A program made the translations under genes and the position numbers. A stretch of DNA of 64,000 bases from Candidatus Peregrinibacteria bacterium (GTDB lineage: Bacteria > Patescibacteriota > Gracilibacteria > UBA1369 > UBA12463). The stretch is from positions 8,412-72,411 of the forward strand of contig JAPLYO010000016.1 in assembly GCA_026395555.1 (NCBI GenBank), written 5' to 3'. The notes below the pieces were generated by a model, which made no database searches, was not told the origin of the DNA, and was given only the letters and a program-made list of their open reading frames with translations. Within the stretch, counting starts at the first letter, position 1, and every line of letters begins with the position of its first letter. Below are positions 60,499-64,000 of this stretch, in pieces.

Positions 60499-61212
60499 AT
60501 GGCAGACCTCGACCGACGCACCCAAGTTCTCGCAGCCATCGTTCAACACTTCGTCACGACCGCCGAACCGGTTGGCTCAAATACGATTATCGTGAGCTAC
60601 AAGTTTGAAGTATCTCCGGCAACGATTCGTAATGAAATGGCCACACTCGAAAAAGAAGGATTAATTTTTCAACCACATACTTCTTCCGGCCGTGTTCCAA
60701 CAGAATTAGGGTATCGAAAATTTGTCGAAGAAATCGCCGACTATGGATCTGCTACCATCAAAGCACAAAAACTTCTGGAGAGTGTTTGGGCTGAATACAC
60801 CGCCGAAAAAGCCAAAGAGAAAATTTACGATGCGGTAAATATTTTAGCTCGTGCATGTAACAATGTAAGCTTCGCCACCATTCCCAATAGCCCACGAACA
60901 TTCTTCCTCGGACTCTCGAATGTCTTGAAACAACCGGAGTTCCAGCAAGATCCGTTCCGCGCCTCGCAGGTCGTCGAGATGCTTGAAAATGACGACAACT
61001 TTCTGAACACACTTTCTCAACTCAGTGTCGACGAAGAGCCGCAAATTTTCATCGGCCAGGAAAATATTATTGCTCAAATTCAATCCTGTTCCATCGTTGT
61101 ATGCAAATATCGTGTTGGCGATTATGAAGGACTACTAGGCATTCTCGGCCCTACGCGTATGGACTACGCCTTCCACGTCGCAATGCTTCAGGAAATAAAA
61201 AAATTATTATAA
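60499..61212 (+). CDS. hrcA: Heat-inducible repressor HrcA (short form)
   Basis: [34 protein letters not shown]. Confidence 0.95.
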   Translation: MADLDRRTQVLAAIVQHFVTTAEPVGSNTIIVSYKFEVSPATIRNEMATLEKEGLIFQPHTSSGRVPTELGYRKFVEEIADYGSATIKAQKLLESVWAEYTAEKAKEKIYDAVNILARACNNVSFATIPNSPRTFFLGLSNVLKQPEFQQDPFRASQVVEMLENDDNFLNTLSQLSVDEEPQIFIGQENIIAQIQSCSIVVCKYRVGDYEGLLGILGPTRMDYAFHVAMLQEIKKLL

Positions 61213-61239
61213 GCGAAAATTTCTCTAACCAAAATATAT

Positions 61240-61791
61240 ATGTCTGATGAAACAAACCCACCAATCGAACCTACTCCACAGCCAATTCCAACAGAAGGAA
61301 CGCCTACCGACTCTTCAACTCCCGACTCGGATATTCAGTTACTCAAGTCCCAGCTCGATCAAATGACCGAGACCTGCAAGCGAACACTTGCCGACTTCTC
61401 CAACTACAAACGATTTGTCGAAGACCAGCGCAAGCAAGCTGCATGGTTCGGCGTCAGCGGAATAATGGGCGAAATTCTCCCAATCGTCGACAACTTCGAA
61501 CGCGCCATGGCCCACATGGCCGACCTCGACGCCGTACACAAAGAAGGCATCGACGCGATTTATCGCCAGCTCGCCGGACTCCTCGAAAAACATAACGTAA
61601 AGAAAATCGAAACCATCGGAAAACCATTCAATCCTCTTTTCCACGAAGTCCTGTCTCAGGGCCCCGGTCCTCTCGACACCATCGTCGAAGAGTTTGAAAA
61701 AGGCTACATGATCGGCGAACAGGTTCTCAAGCCCGCCAAAGTAATCGTGGGAAATGGAACCACGCCGGAAGTAGCCCCTCAAAATACCTAG
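61240..61791 (+). CDS. grpE: Nucleotide exchange factor GrpE
   Basis: ADFSNYKR, LPIVDNFERA, FNPLFHE, KGY..LKPAKV. Confidence 0.96.
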   Translation: MSDETNPPIEPTPQPIPTEGTPTDSSTPDSDIQLLKSQLDQMTETCKRTLADFSNYKRFVEDQRKQAAWFGVSGIMGEILPIVDNFERAMAHMADLDAVHKEGIDAIYRQLAGLLEKHNVKKIETIGKPFNPLFHEVLSQGPGPLDTIVEEFEKGYMIGEQVLKPAKVIVGNGTTPEVAPQNT

Positions 61792-61812
61792 TTTTGAAAT
61801 ACTAAGGAAATG

Positions 61813-61839
61813 CTAGCACTATGAGGTACTGCAAGCTAA
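61813..61839 (+). promoter_or_regulatory. Possible degenerate CIRCE
   Basis: cTAGCACTa-N9-GcaaGCTAA: 13/18 match with the exact 9-bp spacer. Confidence 0.3.
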
Positions 61840-61964
61840 GAACTTGCTAAGGTTTCAGAATGAGATAAAAAAGGTCACCTCATCCCCGTCTTTTTCCTTC
61901 AAAAATTTGACAACAAGCCAAAACTCCCGTAAAACGGCTGAGCTTAAACATAACCAGCAAATAT

Positions 61965-62201
61965 ATGGTAGACGGATACCCATGGGGAATTGACGACACG
62001 CGTTCACCAGACGAAACCCGGCCAAGACCAACTTCAGCACTAAGACAAGATACTGAGGCCGACTTCGATATGGAGGGACCACACGAGCCGTTCATTCCAC
62101 GGCTAGACACGAAGGCAGCCAGCATACAAAAAATTTCAACAGTACAGGCGCCAACCTACGCGCAAATTGCGCAAACTGTAGCCATTCAAGCCCAGGCTTA
62201 A
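61965..62201 (+). CDS. Small hypothetical protein
   Basis: 78-aa ORF after a TTGACA...TAAAAC promoter-like pair and an AT-rich leader. Confidence 0.5.
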   Translation: MVDGYPWGIDDTRSPDETRPRPTSALRQDTEADFDMEGPHEPFIPRLDTKAASIQKISTVQAPTYAQIAQTVAIQAQA

Positions 62202-62223
62202 TCCGACAAAATAATCAAATCCA

Positions 62224-62514
62224 ATGTCATCTCTGCATCCCGCGGATCATCATTTGTCAGACGAAGAGAGACTTACCGAGCCGGTAGTAACTGGAAAAAC
62301 AGCAGGCGATTTAGGTGCCATTGTACTTTTTGATCAAATATCCGATCTTCTATTCGACAATGGAATAGAAGCAAGAATCGGACTAAACGGTGACCACACC
62401 GAGCGTTCGCTCTATGTCTCCCCTTCACAATTAGCTGAAGCCAACGAACATATCGCTACGATATCCGAGATAATTCGCCAAAGAGCCGAAGCTGAATCAG
62501 AAGGACAAGAATAA
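62224..62514 (+). CDS. Small acidic hypothetical protein
   Basis: 96-aa ORF. The LLFDNGIEARI...LYVSPSQLAEA pattern loosely recalls DUF2007-like small alpha/beta domains (inference). Confidence 0.6.
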   Translation: MSSLHPADHHLSDEERLTEPVVTGKTAGDLGAIVLFDQISDLLFDNGIEARIGLNGDHTERSLYVSPSQLAEANEHIATISEIIRQRAEAESEGQE

Positions 62515-62528
62515 TTGAAAATTCACTC

Positions 62529-62569
62529 TTGACGATCATGCGTTAGCACTCTATAATCTTGAGTGCTAA
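62529..62569 (+). promoter_or_regulatory. dnaK promoter with perfect CIRCE (HrcA operator)
   Basis: TTGACG 62529-62534; TTAGCACTC-tataatctt-GAGTGCTAA 62543-62569. The -10 TATAAT (62552-62557) lies inside the CIRCE spacer, 17 bp from the -35. Confidence 0.97.
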
Positions 62570-62622
62570 TTTCAATTTAGCTTCATTTTACACCTATTTA
62601 CCAACTTTAAACCCCCAACATT

Positions 62623-64000
62623 ATGTCACGAATCATTGGAATCGATCTCGGAACGACCAACTCTTGCGTCTCGGTTATGCAGGGTCAGGAACCTACCGTT
62701 GTGCCAAACACGGAGGGCATGCGAACAACTCCTTCAATTGTTGCTATTGGTAAGGACGGCCAGCGTATGGTTGGAATTCTCGCCAAGCGTCAGATCGTTA
62801 TGAATCCGGAAAATACCATTTATTCTGCAAAGCGTCTTATCGGACGTATGTTCGACGAGATTAAGCCACTTATCAGCAAGCTTTCGTTCAAAGTAGTAAA
62901 AGGAAAAGATGGCGAGCCCGAAATCGTCCTCGATGGCAAAGATCGCAAGCCGCCAGAAATTTCTGCTATGGTTCTCGCAAAATTGAAGGCCGATGCTGAG
63001 GCATTTCTCGGTGAACCGGTAACGGAAGCAGTCATCACCGTTCCTGCATACTTCAACGACTCTCAGAGACAGGCTACAAAAGACGCGGGCAAGATCGCCG
63101 GTCTCGATGTGAAGCGTATTATCAATGAGCCTACGGCCGCCGCTCTCGCATATGGTCTCGACAAGAAAAACAAAGCTTCAAAAGTTGCCGTCTATGACCT
63201 CGGCGGTGGAACGTTCGACGTCTCCATTCTCGACCTCGGTGATGGCGTCTTCGAGGTAATGTCTACCAACGGCGATACGCAGCTCGGTGGTGATGACTTC
63301 GACAATGCGATCGTTCAGTGGATTCTCGAAGAGTTCAAAAAGAGCGAGGGTATCGATCTTAAGGACGATAAACTTTCATTACAGCGTATTCGCGACGAGG
63401 CAGAAAAAGCCAAGTGTGAACTTTCCACGATGCAGGAGCGTGAGATTAACCTTCCATACATCACCTCAACCAGCGCAGGTCCTAAGCACCTTCAGATGAA
63501 GTTGAGCCGCGCCAAGCTCGAGTCACTTGTGGCTGATTTGATTACTCGCACAGAGGGTCCATGTAAGCAGGCCATCAAAGATGCAAAAATTAATCCAAGC
63601 GAGATCGACGAGATTATTCTCGTAGGCGGTCAGACACGTATGCCGGCCGTTCAGGAAATGGTAAAAAAGATCTTCGGAAAAGAGCCGCATAAAGGTATCA
63701 ATCCGGATGAAGTCGTAGCAATCGGTGCGGCCATCCAGGGTGGTGTCCTCATGGGCGATGTCAAAGACATTCTCCTCCTCGACGTCACTCCCCTTTCTCT
63801 CGGTCTCGAGACGCTCGGCGGTGTTATGACGAAACTCATCGAACGCAACACGACCGTTCCTACATCTAAATCTCAGACATTCTCTACTGCTGCAGACAAC
63901 CAGACGTCAGTCGAGGTCCATGTATTACAGGGCGAGCGTCCTATGGCCAACGACAACAAGTCTCTCGGTAAGTTCAATCTCGACGGCATCCCGCCGGCAC
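62623..64000 (+). CDS. dnaK: Chaperone DnaK (partial, runs off right edge)
   Basis: ATG 62623 [46 protein letters not shown]. Absent from the ORF track because there is no stop in the window. Confidence 0.99.
   Translation, partial: MSRIIGIDLGTTNSCVSVMQGQEPTVVPNTEGMRTTPSIVAIGKDGQRMVGILAKRQIVMNPENTIYSAKRLIGRMFDEIKPLISKLSFKVVKGKDGEPEIVLDGKDRKPPEISAMVLAKLKADAEAFLGEPVTEAVITVPAYFNDSQRQATKDAGKIAGLDVKRIINEPTAAALAYGLDKKNKASKVAVYDLGGGTFDVSILDLGDGVFEVMSTNGDTQLGGDDFDNAIVQWILEEFKKSEGIDLKDDKLSLQRIRDEAEKAKCELSTMQEREINLPYITSTSAGPKHLQMKLSRAKLESLVADLITRTEGPCKQAIKDAKINPSEIDEIILVGGQTRMPAVQEMVKKIFGKEPHKGINPDEVVAIGAAIQGGVLMGDVKDILLLDVTPLSLGLETLGGVMTKLIERNTTVPTSKSQTFSTAADNQTSVEVHVLQGERPMANDNKSLGKFNLDGIPPA

Overview
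Chromosomal segment of a bacterium using the standard code (TGA = stop). Gene content and style suggest a Patescibacteria/CPR genome of Peregrinibacteria-like type (inference): SLH, lamin-tail and CAP surface proteins, class II RNR, class I aldolase plus class I FBPase, short HrcA and SufD, AT-rich leaders without Shine-Dalgarno sites. Housekeeping loci are an Rrf2-sufCBD-Rieske-sufSU-sufT operon, NrdR-boxed nrdJ, comEC, groESL, rny, LCP-pseudouridine synthase-dacA-mraY, an ECF sigma/FecR pair, fbp-fba, rsmH-ftsL without mraZ, tsaC, gap and hrcA-grpE-dnaK with a perfect CIRCE. The first ~15 kb is accessory: a Phd/RelE toxin-antitoxin pair between 39-bp direct repeats, trypsin, SET and SLH proteins, a MarR-ABC exporter, a subtilase, an N-terminally extended class IV aminotransferase and an orphan histidine kinase. 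The best leads missing from the ORF track are a partial ORF at the left edge resembling a stand-alone class II terpene-cyclase beta domain, and a ~175-nt rod-shaped 6S-like RNA upstream of rny. Several genes carry clean internal deletions, more likely local assembly errors than biology. I saw no tRNA, rRNA, CRISPR array, transposase, integrase or phage gene. All family calls come from motif recognition by eye, without database searches.
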